Assembly (NCBI GenBank): GCA_046290225.1
Contig: JBKAGE010000070.1
Location: 1-64,000 of the forward strand
Length of the DNA: 64,000 bases
Direction: 5' to 3'
Source of the DNA: Bradymonadia bacterium
Lineage (GTDB): Bacteria > Myxococcota_A > Bradymonadia > UBA7976 > UBA1532
Notes under the pieces: generated by a model
The model's input: the letters and a program-made list of their open reading frames with translations, nothing else
What the model was told of the DNA's origin: nothing
Database searches by the model: none
Made by a program: the position numbers and the translations under genes
Part shown: positions 9,341 to 19,656 of the stretch, piece by piece
How the letters are laid out: each line of letters opens with the position of its first letter
How positions within the stretch are numbered: position 1 is the first letter of the stretch

Positions 9341-10399
9341 ATGAGTACAGCACCAGACGTCACTGAAGTCTGCACGCTCGAGCATTGGGCATGGAACCAC
9401 ACCTATGCCCCGCTCGCGTGGTACGACGGCACTCTCTATACAGCGAGCGAATATGGTGCTGCGGCAGCCATCGACGACACCACAGGGCAGGTGTTGTGGC
9501 GTGTGGGGTTGCCTGGCCGGGGCAATGGCTTCTGCTCGACACCTCTGTGTGTAGAAGACGATCGCCTCATCGTAGCGAGGCGCGACCGCACCGTGGTCTT
9601 CGATCGCCACACCGGCGACATCCTCTGGACCGTCAAGGGAGAGCAGCCCGGGATGGCTGTGATCATGGGCGACGAGGTCGTCTTCGGTGACTACCACGGG
9701 CTCTACAGCTACAGCCCTTCGGCACGCACCCGTCGTGGGTCGACTCTGAGGGCGTCGAACTGGTCCATCGATCCACCCGGTGTGAGCAAACTGACCCTCC
9801 TTCAGTGGCGGGATCACCTCATCCTCCAAAGCGGCGATTTTTTGCTGTGTATTGATCCTCAGACTCAGACGCAGCTCTGGTCGTCCCCCGTGCTCGACGA
9901 CTACACCTACCCGGTCTGCCTCGATGGCGATCGCATTTATGGGGGCCAGCCAGGCAAGCTCGGACCTGGACACAATGTCTGCGTGGCGTGGGATGCTCAT
10001 ACAGGTGAGATCGTGTGGAAGCAGCACATGCTGCGTGGTGGGCCCCTTGGGAAGCCCGCCGCAGGGCTCGGGATGGTCTTCGTGCGCGACGAGGCCGGTG
10101 GGCTCTCGGCGCTGGATGCAGAGACAGGACAATGCCTCTGGCATCACCAGGCGCCCTCCCCCTGGGCTCGACCTTGGGCTGGGCCGATTCTCCGGGGTGA
10201 GACCGTGCTCTTCACCACACAGGATGGGGCGCTGAGAGGGTATGCAGCGCAGGATGGCACCTTGTTGTGGTCGTTGGATGCTGAGGATGAGAAGGGACAA
10301 TCCCGATTCGGGCGATTCGAGGGTGTCGTGCAGAGCTCAGACGCGATCTTCACAGGTTCAGGCCGTGGGCGACTGATGCGGATCGAGGTGCCCGCCTGA
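9341..10399 (+). CDS. PQQ-like beta-propeller repeat protein (BamB-like repeats)
   Basis: Repeated A.D..TG...W motifs and a GAGAGG RBS. Confidence 0.85.
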   Translation: MSTAPDVTEVCTLEHWAWNHTYAPLAWYDGTLYTASEYGAAAAIDDTTGQVLWRVGLPGRGNGFCSTPLCVEDDRLIVARRDRTVVFDRHTGDILWTVKGEQPGMAVIMGDEVVFGDYHGLYSYSPSARTRRGSTLRASNWSIDPPGVSKLTLLQWRDHLILQSGDFLLCIDPQTQTQLWSSPVLDDYTYPVCLDGDRIYGGQPGKLGPGHNVCVAWDAHTGEIVWKQHMLRGGPLGKPAAGLGMVFVRDEAGGLSALDAETGQCLWHHQAPSPWARPWAGPILRGETVLFTTQDGALRGYAAQDGTLLWSLDAEDEKGQSRFGRFEGVVQSSDAIFTGSGRGRLMRIEVPA

Positions 10400-10404
10400 G
10401 GCCC

Positions 10405-11928
10405 TCAGCGCACGACGCGGAAGCCGAGGTAGGGGCTCTTCTCCGCGGCGGCCTTCGAGGCCCGTCCACGGGTCTTGAGCTGCGGGCCGGCGTTGCCCCA
10501 GCTACCACCGCGGATGGTGTGCACCTTCGAGCTGCCCTCGCGGGGCTTGCCGTCCTGGGGCAGACCCACATAGGTGTCACCCCACGGATCAGCCACCCAC
10601 TCCCAGACGTTGCCTGCCATGTCGCACAGGCCCTGCTCGGTGTGGCCCGCGGCCTTGCTGCACACCGGCGCCGTGTGGCCCGTGCCGCAGCCCGAACCGC
10701 CGTCGGCCATGACCGCGCGGGCGCAGATGGCGGCCATGTTGCCCCAGGGGTACTTCAAGGTCTTGCCTGCGGAGCGCGCAGCGAACTCCCACTGGGACTC
10801 GCTGGGCAGTCGGGTGCCGGACCACTTGGCGAAGTCGTTGGCCTGTGACCAGCTCACGCAGTTCACCGGATGCTGTGCCCGGTCGTCTTTGCCCCAGTTG
10901 CAGGCACCGCCCGACTTGGGTGTGCTGCACTCGCCCGCGTCGACGCAACCTTTGTACTGCGCCACGGTGATCTCGGTCTGGCTGATGTTGAAAGGGGCCA
11001 GCTTCACCGAGGTCTGCATGCTCTGAGCCGGGTGGCCGTCGCCCATGACGTAGACGCCGCCGGCCATGCGCACCATCTTGATGCCGCCCTTCACGGGGCC
11101 CGTACCCTGGCAGCGCTTATCATAGGACGACAAGATCTCTTCCCAGGGCCCGTAGGCGTCGTTGAACTGCTTCTGCAGGGTCTTCTTCTTCTCCATGGAG
11201 AGCACGTCATCCTGCAGACGCATCAGGCGGGCCAGCTTGGCTTTGTCTTTGTCGAAGCGGCCCTTCACCTCTCGGGCGGCGGCACAACGCTGTGCGTTGA
11301 GGGCCGCCTGCTGCTTCTCCAGAGCGTCGGGATCGAGGCTGGTCAGATCGACCGCGCCGGTGCTGCCCATGACCGGCATCGAGGGCAAGCCCACACCGAA
11401 ACCTCCGCCGCCGCCACCACCGGCCACGGCGGCCTTGGGGCCAGGACCACCGATGGCGACGAAGAGTCGAGCCGCGGCGTTTTGAACCTCAGCCTCGAGG
11501 GTCTCGAGATCTTTGGCCGAGCCGTTCTGCTGCCCCTTGAGGGCCGCCGTGGCCGTCTCGTAGAGCTTCATGCTGACCTTGAGCTTGCTGCCGAACTTGA
11601 TGACCTCGCCGGTGACCACGTAGTGCGCACCGAGGTTGCGGCCGGTCTCCACCTCGCACTCACCTTCACAGGCGGCCAGGTCAGTCTCCGGTGGCAACAG
11701 CTCGAGGATGTTCTCCCGGGTCATCACCAGATACTGCTGGCTCGGCAAGCGCAGGGCCTCTGCCCGCACTACATCGCCCACGTAAGCGATCTCCTGCTCT
11801 TTCAGCTCGGCGAAGTTGCGAAACTCCAACACCGCCACCCGCTGCTGAGCACCAGCGATGGCGGGCAGCAACAGGATCAGCAGAACGCCCAACGCGGTGA
11901 GGGCGGTTAGATGGACTCGAGCGCTCAT
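10405..11928 (-). CDS. SUMF1/formylglycine-generating-enzyme family protein with an N-terminal CsgG/TolB-N-like domain, secreted
   Basis: Signal peptide; RVAVLEF; HPVNCVSW..A..F..W...RLPSE.QWEFAAR; GLCDMAGNVWEWV; LGFRVVR. Confidence 0.92.
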   Translation of the reverse strand: MSARVHLTALTALGVLLILLLPAIAGAQQRVAVLEFRNFAELKEQEIAYVGDVVRAEALRLPSQQYLVMTRENILELLPPETDLAACEGECEVETGRNLGAHYVVTGEVIKFGSKLKVSMKLYETATAALKGQQNGSAKDLETLEAEVQNAAARLFVAIGGPGPKAAVAGGGGGGGFGVGLPSMPVMGSTGAVDLTSLDPDALEKQQAALNAQRCAAAREVKGRFDKDKAKLARLMRLQDDVLSMEKKKTLQKQFNDAYGPWEEILSSYDKRCQGTGPVKGGIKMVRMAGGVYVMGDGHPAQSMQTSVKLAPFNISQTEITVAQYKGCVDAGECSTPKSGGACNWGKDDRAQHPVNCVSWSQANDFAKWSGTRLPSESQWEFAARSAGKTLKYPWGNMAAICARAVMADGGSGCGTGHTAPVCSKAAGHTEQGLCDMAGNVWEWVADPWGDTYVGLPQDGKPREGSSKVHTIRGGSWGNAGPQLKTRGRASKAAAEKSPYLGFRVVR

Positions 11929-12016
11929 TCAGGTCTCCTCAAAGCATCGCGCTGACATCAGGGGCGATGTGAGGACTAGGGATAGCCCCTGATGCTTCAA
12001 AGAAGCAACATACCCC

Positions 12017-13945
12017 TCACCAATAAATCACCAGGCCTGCAGCGGCCCGCTGCACATCGCCGTTGCCCCTACCCCCGATCTCCAGCGCCCAGTGATCGCT
12101 CAGCCGACCCCGGAGCACCCCCTCGGCAGACCAGCCCACAGGCTGTAAATCGAGCAGAGACACGCGCCATGCCCCCCGTAACACCACATTCAAACCCGGA
12201 GAGAGCATCAACCTCAGCCCACCCACCGGGCCACCCAGAGGCAGCCAGCGGCCCTGCTTGCTCACCGGGCTGCCCACCCAGACCTCGCCAAGGGCAAACA
12301 GGGTCACCCGAGGGACCAGCCCCCAGACGTTGCCAGAGAGGCTCCCGCCGACCTGCGCAGCGAGCCCCCCGTAAAGTACGTCTTCTTCTTCGATGGGCAG
12401 AGGCTCCAAGCCACCTTGAGCCCCCCACGAGATCGACGGGCTCACGCCGGATACATCAGAGAGACTGAGCACACGAAAGAGCTGGCCGCGCCTCAGCTCG
12501 ACACGCCCCTCGTCATCGACCTGACCCTCGATGCGAGTGAACTCCACCGCGCCGTCGATGGGATAAGCCCCTTGTGGATCGGCGAGGTCGTGCAGCGCCC
12601 ATCGGTGTGCAATGGCGCCCGCAGCCTTGCCATCGAAAACCCCCATCAGCCGCAGACGTTGGGTGCCGTGGCCCGTCTCGGGTGCTGCGAGCCAGGGGCG
12701 ATCCACCAGCAGCGGCGCGGGCGCCTCTCCCACGCTCATCCGCGCCTGCACGAGCGCTCGACGACGACGGCGTACGGCGAGCCGCTCAGGGGTCATCTGC
12801 TCCACCGAGTTTGCTGTGAGCGTATGGGGCCAGAACAGCTCGAAGTGCCGCAATGCGGCGTCGAGGGCCGCCGGAGGCACCTCGTCGACCTCGAGAGGGG
12901 TATTCGGCTCGATCAACTGCTCGAAACGCAGTCGCTCTGATGCGTCGAGAGACTCGACTCGAGCGACATAGAGGCGCCTCATCGAGGGCTGGTGCTGCAC
13001 CGCGCCGACGAGTTCGGGCCGCTTGGCCACCGCCAACAGCAGCTCCACCGGCATGATCACCACACCAAAATCGCGCTTCAACTGCAGCCTGGGTGCGGCT
13101 GCGTCGAGTAAACCAGCGAGGTGATAGGCGCAATTCTCGTCGAAGAAGTAGTAGTCGAAGAACGCCTGCTGCATCGCCCACAGGTGCAATACGAGGCGCT
13201 TCACCTCTGCTTCGGTCAACGTCAGGTCGTAGGTCCAGAGATCGCGGTGTTCGAAGTGGGCGTAGGTGCGCACCTTCTCGTGGTGGCTCTCCAAACCAAA
13301 GCGCCCAGGAAAGCCGCCGAGGGCGCCGAGCAGCATGTACGCCACCGGATCAGCGTTGCCAGTATCGGCAGAGAAATTGACGGCGGTGTCGAGCAGCTCT
13401 GGCGAGGCGCCTTCGTCTACACCGCCCTGACGGAGCCGAAGGAACACGTGGCCCAGCGCCGAGGCAGGGTTGTTCAGAAAATAATGGGAGAACACCAGAC
13501 TCACGGCACTGGGCCTGACTCGGCGTAGATACGCGTCGAGGGCCGGGCACGGCCCTCGCGGCGCGGACCACCGCTCCATCTGGGCCACATAGTTGTACCG
13601 ATCAGGCCAGCGGCACTGCGGCCTCTCGTCAGGGGTGCCCCGCCAGCGCCTGCCCTCTTCAAAGGCGGCCCGGGTGGCGTGGTACTCCGCCAGCGGATCG
13701 CCAACCCCCTCAGGAGAGATGAAGAACTCGGGGCTGTCGATCTCGCTCATGTGGCCCATGCAGTCGGGGCGCATGTGCAGCAACGCCAGCCACTGCGGGT
13801 GAGTGGCCTTTTCGGCATCATTCCGGGCCACATCGTTCGTGTCGAGGTCCAGAGTCTCGCCGCAGCTCGGTGAGGCGAAACAGACAGATGGAATGCAGAG
13901 GAGAAGAGAGATGACGAGGGGCAAAGCCTGTCGGCCAGCACGCAT
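12017..13945 (-). CDS. DUF4105 / Lnb-like protein with a C-terminal beta-barrel-like region
   Basis: W.ALLH, SEIDSPEFF, CRWPDRY, PASALGHVFLRL, RDLWTYDLTLT, YYFFDENCA. Start reset to ATG 13945, which gives a signal peptide. Ends in an aromatic residue. Confidence 0.88.
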   Translation of the reverse strand: MRAGRQALPLVISLLLCIPSVCFASPSCGETLDLDTNDVARNDAEKATHPQWLALLHMRPDCMGHMSEIDSPEFFISPEGVGDPLAEYHATRAAFEEGRRWRGTPDERPQCRWPDRYNYVAQMERWSAPRGPCPALDAYLRRVRPSAVSLVFSHYFLNNPASALGHVFLRLRQGGVDEGASPELLDTAVNFSADTGNADPVAYMLLGALGGFPGRFGLESHHEKVRTYAHFEHRDLWTYDLTLTEAEVKRLVLHLWAMQQAFFDYYFFDENCAYHLAGLLDAAAPRLQLKRDFGVVIMPVELLLAVAKRPELVGAVQHQPSMRRLYVARVESLDASERLRFEQLIEPNTPLEVDEVPPAALDAALRHFELFWPHTLTANSVEQMTPERLAVRRRRRALVQARMSVGEAPAPLLVDRPWLAAPETGHGTQRLRLMGVFDGKAAGAIAHRWALHDLADPQGAYPIDGAVEFTRIEGQVDDEGRVELRRGQLFRVLSLSDVSGVSPSISWGAQGGLEPLPIEEEDVLYGGLAAQVGGSLSGNVWGLVPRVTLFALGEVWVGSPVSKQGRWLPLGGPVGGLRLMLSPGLNVVLRGAWRVSLLDLQPVGWSAEGVLRGRLSDHWALEIGGRGNGDVQRAAAGLVIYW

Positions 13946-14018
13946 CAGTTTGTGCACGGTGGGGTGAGGCGGGCGGTGAGAGATGGTCAGGATATCTGAC
14001 GGCCCCGCTGAAAAGGGC

Positions 14019-14636
14019 TCAGGCCGCCCGGGCCTCAAGGACACGCTCGGCGAACTCCACCAGCGTACCCGACTGCAGCCAGACCTGTTGCAGGTGATCC
14101 ACAGCCACGGGGCGCTCGCCATCAGTGACCGAGAGCATGGTCATCAGGGCGTCGACGTACTGGCCCTCGCCCACGGAGAGCTCGCGCACCAGGGGCTCGT
14201 GGTTGAGGAGCACGAAGGCCCGCAGGCGCTGCTCGGCGATCCAGTTCTGCTCTTGCTCGGGGGTCATGGCCACGGGCTTGAGATCAGCGAAGAGGTTCGA
14301 CGGCGCGAACTCGTACATGGCCCCGGTGGCGGCGTCGGTGGTGCTGCCGAAGGTGCCTCCACAGAGGATGTTGCCCCAGAAGGCCACGGTCACCTTGCTG
14401 TTGAGGGAGAAGCTCTGCTCCACATAGCCCTCTTTGCGCACGATGATGGTGGCGTCGTTGGAGTCTTTCTCGATCTTCCGGGTCAGAGGGGTGACCCCGA
14501 TGACCTCGCCGTTCATCACCACCTCAGCCCCGGTGACGCTGGAGTTCACCGAGAGGGACTGCTTGGAGCCCTCGATGATGGTGGCACACCCGGTGGCAAA
14601 GGCCAGCCAGGCAACACACAGCGAAACCCACTTCAT
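14019..14636 (-). CDS. Lipoprotein with a PEGA-like domain and a DUF3015-like C-terminus
   Basis: Lipobox ATGC; IGVTPL...IIVRKEGY; C-terminal FV..N...L.RELSVGEGQYVDAL resembles DUF3015. ATG 14636 follows a GAGGAG RBS. Confidence 0.8.
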   Translation of the reverse strand: MKWVSLCVAWLAFATGCATIIEGSKQSLSVNSSVTGAEVVMNGEVIGVTPLTRKIEKDSNDATIIVRKEGYVEQSFSLNSKVTVAFWGNILCGGTFGSTTDAATGAMYEFAPSNLFADLKPVAMTPEQEQNWIAEQRLRAFVLLNHEPLVRELSVGEGQYVDALMTMLSVTDGERPVAVDHLQQVWLQSGTLVEFAERVLEARAA

Positions 14637-14904
14637 GCTCACGGCGCTCTCCTCCCCGCGTCGACGGCGGCGTTGAAGACATTCAATCTTTTTCACAAGG
14701 TTTTCGCCCAGATACGCGGGCGAGCCTCGTGCGTTTCACGGCGGGTGGACCATAGCCGATGTCGACCACGATTCACAACGCCCACCGAGCGCCCCCACGC
14801 AAGCACCTCGCAACGCGATGAATTCCCCATCTTCGAACGGGATCATTGGCATCCTCGAGGCAGCCATCGTATCTCCACCACATCTCGATCACAGGAGATG
14901 CACG

Positions 14905-16023
14905 ATGGACACGATCACCCAAGCTGTTCTCGGCGCCGCCGTGGGTCAGGCCGTCGCCGGGCCCACCCTCGGCCGCAAAGCCCTCGTCTGGGGTGCCATC
15001 GGCGGCACGATCCCCGATCTCGACGTGATCGCAGGGGCCCTCGTGGGGCCCTGGCAACAGCTGCTCTGGCACCGCGGGCCCACTCACGCCCTCTGGTTCG
15101 GCCCCGTGGTGGGTCCCCTCGTGGGGTACGCCGCGTGGCGCTACACAGGCTGGCGCAGTCGCCGATTCAACACGCGGTTCCCGAACCAGCCCCAGCGAGA
15201 GCCCGGACCACTCAAGGCGTGGATCTGGCTCATGATCCTGGCGATCCTCACCCACCCGTTGCTCGACGTATTCACAACCTATGGCACACAGCTTTTGTCG
15301 CCCTTCGACGACACTCGGTTCGCCTTCAATGGTGTGGGCATCATCGATCCCATCTATACGCTCGTACTCGCAGGGGCCCTCGTGGCGCGAAGATTCTGGC
15401 CCGACACTCAACGCCGGAGCGCCCTCGTCGCTCTCACGCTCACCACAGGGTACGTGCTCTGGGGCACCTGGCTGAATCACCGCGCCGAATCTCTGGCGCA
15501 GACTCAGCTCGCCGAGGCGGGGCACGGCGACGTACGCGTCCGGGCTTACCCGACGATCTTTCAGCTGTTCTTGAGACGGGTGGTGGCCGTGCCGGCGAGC
15601 GGCGACGATCTGCAGAGCGGCGAGGTGCACGTGGGCTATATGACCATGTGGAGACCTCACCCCATCGCCTTCAAGACCGTCGAGCCTCACCGTCACGCTG
15701 CAGTAGACGCCGTGCTCGCCCACCCCCATGGTGAGCTGTTCCGCTGGTTCGCCATGGACATGCTCCTGCCCACGGTGACCCCTGGCCCTGCTGAAGGTGT
15801 GCCCGAGGGTCAGGTGAAGGTGGAGCTGGACGATTTGCGCTACGGGTTCCCCGAGACCCCACGGGAGAGCATGTGGGGCATCTCGGCTCTCGCTCTGGAC
15901 GACGGCACCCTCGTGGATGAGCCAGCCCGCTTCCGCCGGCCGACCCCACCAGACATGTCGGGGAAGGCAAAGGCCATCTTCACCATGGCCTTCGGCGACG
16001 ATCTCCAGCCTGCGGCGCCGTGA
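14905..16023 (+). CDS. Inner-membrane metal-dependent hydrolase (YdjM family)
   Basis: MDTITQAVLGA, TIPDLD, HRGPTH, THPLLD.FT.YGT, IIDP.YT. Confidence 0.92.
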   Translation: MDTITQAVLGAAVGQAVAGPTLGRKALVWGAIGGTIPDLDVIAGALVGPWQQLLWHRGPTHALWFGPVVGPLVGYAAWRYTGWRSRRFNTRFPNQPQREPGPLKAWIWLMILAILTHPLLDVFTTYGTQLLSPFDDTRFAFNGVGIIDPIYTLVLAGALVARRFWPDTQRRSALVALTLTTGYVLWGTWLNHRAESLAQTQLAEAGHGDVRVRAYPTIFQLFLRRVVAVPASGDDLQSGEVHVGYMTMWRPHPIAFKTVEPHRHAAVDAVLAHPHGELFRWFAMDMLLPTVTPGPAEGVPEGQVKVELDDLRYGFPETPRESMWGISALALDDGTLVDEPARFRRPTPPDMSGKAKAIFTMAFGDDLQPAAP

Positions 16024-16033
16024 GGATGTGCGC

Positions 16034-19000
16034 TCAGTCGGGCATCACGTACCGCGTCCCCCGGCCCCGACCCTCTACGCGCAGCCATCCCTTCTCGGCC
16101 CAACCTTTCAGGCGCGCTCGTGCCGTGGGTGTAGAGCACCCCAGGCATATCGAGAGCCTGCTGGAGGTGATGCTACCCTCCTCGGACAAGATCGCCCGTA
16201 CAGCAGGAGGTAAGCTCTGGTGTGGTACCAGGCTGGATGGTGCAGTGACGATCTTGGCACCCTCCTGCTCTAGGGGGGTATCGGAGGTCGCCGTCCCCGC
16301 TGCCGTCAGAGCCGCCCGCTCTGACACAAGAGGCTCTGCGAAGCCGCCCTGGCCCGCTCCCTCGAAGACCGCCTCAAGATCGGCCTGAGAGAGGGCATCC
16401 ACCATGACCCGGCCCTCGTCCACAGCCGCTTCGAAGAGGGCCCTCTTGCGGTCTTGCAGCTCGATGATCTTCTCCTCGACGGTCTCCCGGGCCACGAGCT
16501 TGTAAACTGTCACCGGTTTGGTCTGCCCCATGCGATGGACCCGATCAGTTGCCTGGGCTTCCGCTGCGGGGTTCCACCACGGATCGAGGTGGATTACGTG
16601 ATCAGCGGCGGTGAGGTTGAGACCGGTGCCTCCTGCCTTGAGGCTGATCAAGAAAATCGGCGGACCCTCAATATCTTCGAATCGATCGATGAGAGCCTGC
16701 CGATCCCGGGTACCGCCGTCGAGATAGAGGTGCTCGACGTTCATACGGCTGAGGCGGGGCACCACGCGCCTGAGCAGCGAAGGCCACTGACTGAAGATCA
16801 GCGCTTTGTGGCCCTCAGCAACCACCGAGTTCAAGATCTCCTCAAGGAGATCGAGCTTCGCTGATCCGTCAGCGCCACTGCGCAGCTCCACTGGCAGCAA
16901 CGCCACATCACAGGCCGCCTGCCTTAAGCGCATCAGCGCCTCGAGGATCTCCAACGACGAGCGTCCCATGCCTTTTGACGCAACCGACGACATGATGCGA
17001 TCACGCCACGCCTCTTTGACCCCCTCGTACACCCTGCGCTGCGGTGCCGGCAGCTCGCAATACAAGATCTGTTCGGTCTTCGGCGGCAGTTCGAGGGCCA
17101 CCTCCGACTTCAAGCGCCTTAAAATGAAAGGACGCACGCGGCGCCTGAGACCGGACATGGCGTCCTCGTCCTGGTCTTTGTGGATCGGCTTGGCGAACCG
17201 CTCTCGAAATGCCCGCTGGCTGCCGAAGAAGCCCGGCATCAGCGCTTCGAAGAGGCTCCACAACTCGAACAGGTCATTCTCCAGTGGGGTGCCAGTGAGA
17301 GCGAGACGCCAGCCCGCCTTGAGGCCTCTCACAGTCTGGGCGAGCTGGCTCGAAGGGTTCTTGATGGCCTGAGCCTCGTCGAGTACGAGGGCGCCCCATT
17401 TCACGGCGCCGATCAGCTCAGCGTCCTGACGGAGGATCGGGTAGCTGGTGACGACGAGCTGAGCCCCAGTACGCAAGGCCTTCACGTCTTCATCGCGGGG
17501 GCGTCCATGATGCACCTTCACCTTCAGCTCCGGGGTGAAGCGCGCTGCCTCCCTGGCCCAGTTGTGCACCACAGAGGTAGGGGCCACCACCAGCACGGGG
17601 GCCTTGCGCCCCTTCTGGTTGAAGATCCATTGCAAGGCTGCGAGGACCTGCACAGTCTTGCCCAAGCCCATGTCGTCAGCGAGCACCCCTCCGAAGCCGA
17701 TCTCTTTGAGAAACGTCAGCCACCGAAACCCCCGCTGTTGATAGTCCCTCAACGTGCCCTGAAACTGCTTGGGCACCCGACGGGCAGGCACGCCCTCGAT
17801 CTGGCTCAGGCGTGTCACGCGCTCACGCCACGCCTTGAGGTTTGCGCGGGTCTCCTCGGCGATCTGCTCTCCAGCCTCATCGACGAGATCGCCCACCAGG
17901 GGTGCCGCGAAGGCGCCGATGCGCTTGCGCCGCCCGCGGAGATCCTCGAGGGCCTCGACCTCCACCCCATGGCGGGCGAGCCACGCCTCGGGCAGCCGCA
18001 CCACCCGGCCGCTGCTGAGCCGGTGGTAGCGTCTGCCCGCTCTGCGCGCGGCCATCAACGCCTTGAGAGGTACACTCACCCCCTCCGCCTCGAAGCTGAC
18101 CTCGAGTTCGAACCAGTCGATGCCGCTGTCGATCTTCACCCGGCTCGTGAGCGGGGTGCGCACCATCTTGCCCGCGAGGGTGGTGTCGCCCCGCAGTTCA
18201 AAGCCCGCCTGTTGCAAATCGATGAGGCCATCGAACATAAAGTCGAAGGCCCGCTCACCCACTAGGCGCGCCGGCAGCGGGCCCGTCCAGCGGTGGATGC
18301 GCTCGGCGGCGGCCTGCTCAGCCTCGCGCTGTCGCTGCACGAGCTGAGGCCCCTCGGCGACGTCGAAGGTGATCAGCGAGCCCGGCGCCGAGGCAGAAAT
18401 CACCGCCTCGGCGCCCTGATAGCGGTAGAGGGCTCGCAGATCGACGTCCACCCCCTCTTTAGTCTCGGTCAAGATCACCTGCGGATGCATCGGGGCGTCA
18501 GCAGTGGTGGCCACCAAGTCCGTTTGTGACAAGTCGACGGCGACCTGCAAGGTCGGCAGGGCCTCGGAGATGAAGTCGGGCACCTGCGCTGAGGGGATCC
18601 GAGGGACCACAGGGAGCCCGCCGATTTGGCGCACGGTCTCAGCGATCTGCCCATCAAGAGGGCTAAAACGCAGATCTTGAGTGAGCATCCAGGGCGGATC
18701 AGCGGGGTAGACGCCGATGGGGTCTGGCGACCAGCTCACCTTCAAGTCATCGCCGCGCTGCTCGATCTGCATGACCGGTTTGATGGGGTCCAGCTCGACG
18801 CTCACCTCGGGCCCACCCACGGCGCCGAGGGTGATACGCTCGCACTTGCTCAGCGCGCTGAACAGCAGATGACGGGTCACGTCGAGCTCAGCGCTCTCTA
18901 TCACCCCGTGCCCCCCACGCAGTTGATCGACGAGCTTCGTGCCCACCTGTACCACCCTGGCGATTTCGTCGTCTGCCTCGGTGCCCTGCATGCCCCACGC

Positions 19001-19591
19001 CCCCGGCGGCTGCTTGAAGGACGCTTGGACCGGCTTGAGGGTTTTCCCAGTCAGCTCGCTGGTGCGGGTTCTCCATCGCTTGATGCCCAAGATCTCAATG
19101 AGCTTGCGGCTTTGGGAGATCCCCAATGGCTCACGGATATCTCGGAGGGTGTACTGAAACCGCTCCTGAGTCTTGGCCTTGGGCGTATCTTTCGGCGCCG
19201 CCCGCATCAGCCCACCGAGCATCAGCCGCCACAGCGGCGTTTGGAGCAGCACGTCGAAATCTTGGACGTATGACCACGCCCAAACCAGCGCCGCGGCCAT
19301 CTTGTGCGGACAGAGTTGATCCACACATGCGCAGTTGTGGGCACGAATCATGGGCGGCGCGTTGATGTAATAATCCATCAACACGACCTCTTTCCCATCA
19401 ACCTCGAGCCGAGTTTGAAGGCCGCCGCGATCGACCACAGTGATCCCCGCCTGTGCCATCTTCACGGCTTCGGTGGTGTCGACCTCAAGGAACGCGCTGA
19501 ACTCATCATCGAAGACGCTGTTGATGGCCAGACGGGCCACAGTGGGGTCGATGTCGAGTCGAGGAGGAATCCGAAGGCGCTTTTTTGTCAT
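16034..19591 (-). CDS. SWIM-zinc-finger SNF2-family helicase with a C-terminal winged-helix
   Basis: CAC....CPH (SWIM); LRDYQ; LADDMGLGKT; LDEAQAIKN; LTGTPLEN; LISLKAGGTGLNLT; QATDRVHRMGQ; C-terminal G.GRGTRY. Confidence 0.95.
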   Translation of the reverse strand: MTKKRLRIPPRLDIDPTVARLAINSVFDDEFSAFLEVDTTEAVKMAQAGITVVDRGGLQTRLEVDGKEVVLMDYYINAPPMIRAHNCACVDQLCPHKMAAALVWAWSYVQDFDVLLQTPLWRLMLGGLMRAAPKDTPKAKTQERFQYTLRDIREPLGISQSRKLIEILGIKRWRTRTSELTGKTLKPVQASFKQPPGAWGMQGTEADDEIARVVQVGTKLVDQLRGGHGVIESAELDVTRHLLFSALSKCERITLGAVGGPEVSVELDPIKPVMQIEQRGDDLKVSWSPDPIGVYPADPPWMLTQDLRFSPLDGQIAETVRQIGGLPVVPRIPSAQVPDFISEALPTLQVAVDLSQTDLVATTADAPMHPQVILTETKEGVDVDLRALYRYQGAEAVISASAPGSLITFDVAEGPQLVQRQREAEQAAAERIHRWTGPLPARLVGERAFDFMFDGLIDLQQAGFELRGDTTLAGKMVRTPLTSRVKIDSGIDWFELEVSFEAEGVSVPLKALMAARRAGRRYHRLSSGRVVRLPEAWLARHGVEVEALEDLRGRRKRIGAFAAPLVGDLVDEAGEQIAEETRANLKAWRERVTRLSQIEGVPARRVPKQFQGTLRDYQQRGFRWLTFLKEIGFGGVLADDMGLGKTVQVLAALQWIFNQKGRKAPVLVVAPTSVVHNWAREAARFTPELKVKVHHGRPRDEDVKALRTGAQLVVTSYPILRQDAELIGAVKWGALVLDEAQAIKNPSSQLAQTVRGLKAGWRLALTGTPLENDLFELWSLFEALMPGFFGSQRAFRERFAKPIHKDQDEDAMSGLRRRVRPFILRRLKSEVALELPPKTEQILYCELPAPQRRVYEGVKEAWRDRIMSSVASKGMGRSSLEILEALMRLRQAACDVALLPVELRSGADGSAKLDLLEEILNSVVAEGHKALIFSQWPSLLRRVVPRLSRMNVEHLYLDGGTRDRQALIDRFEDIEGPPIFLISLKAGGTGLNLTAADHVIHLDPWWNPAAEAQATDRVHRMGQTKPVTVYKLVARETVEEKIIELQDRKRALFEAAVDEGRVMVDALSQADLEAVFEGAGQGGFAEPLVSERAALTAAGTATSDTPLEQEGAKIVTAPSSLVPHQSLPPAVRAILSEEGSITSSRLSICLGCSTPTARARLKGWAEKGWLRVEGRGRGTRYVMPD

Positions 19592-19656
19592 GGAGTGGTC
19601 GTTAGCTGACTCTCACCTTCTGTGTAAAGGCCCCATGACATGGTCGTTCCACGCCC

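Noticed and set aside
11956..11994. 10-bp perfect inverted repeat CATCAGGGGC/GCCCCTGATG
   Set aside because: Single copy with a 19-nt loop and no U-tract, so I cannot assign it as terminator or operator.
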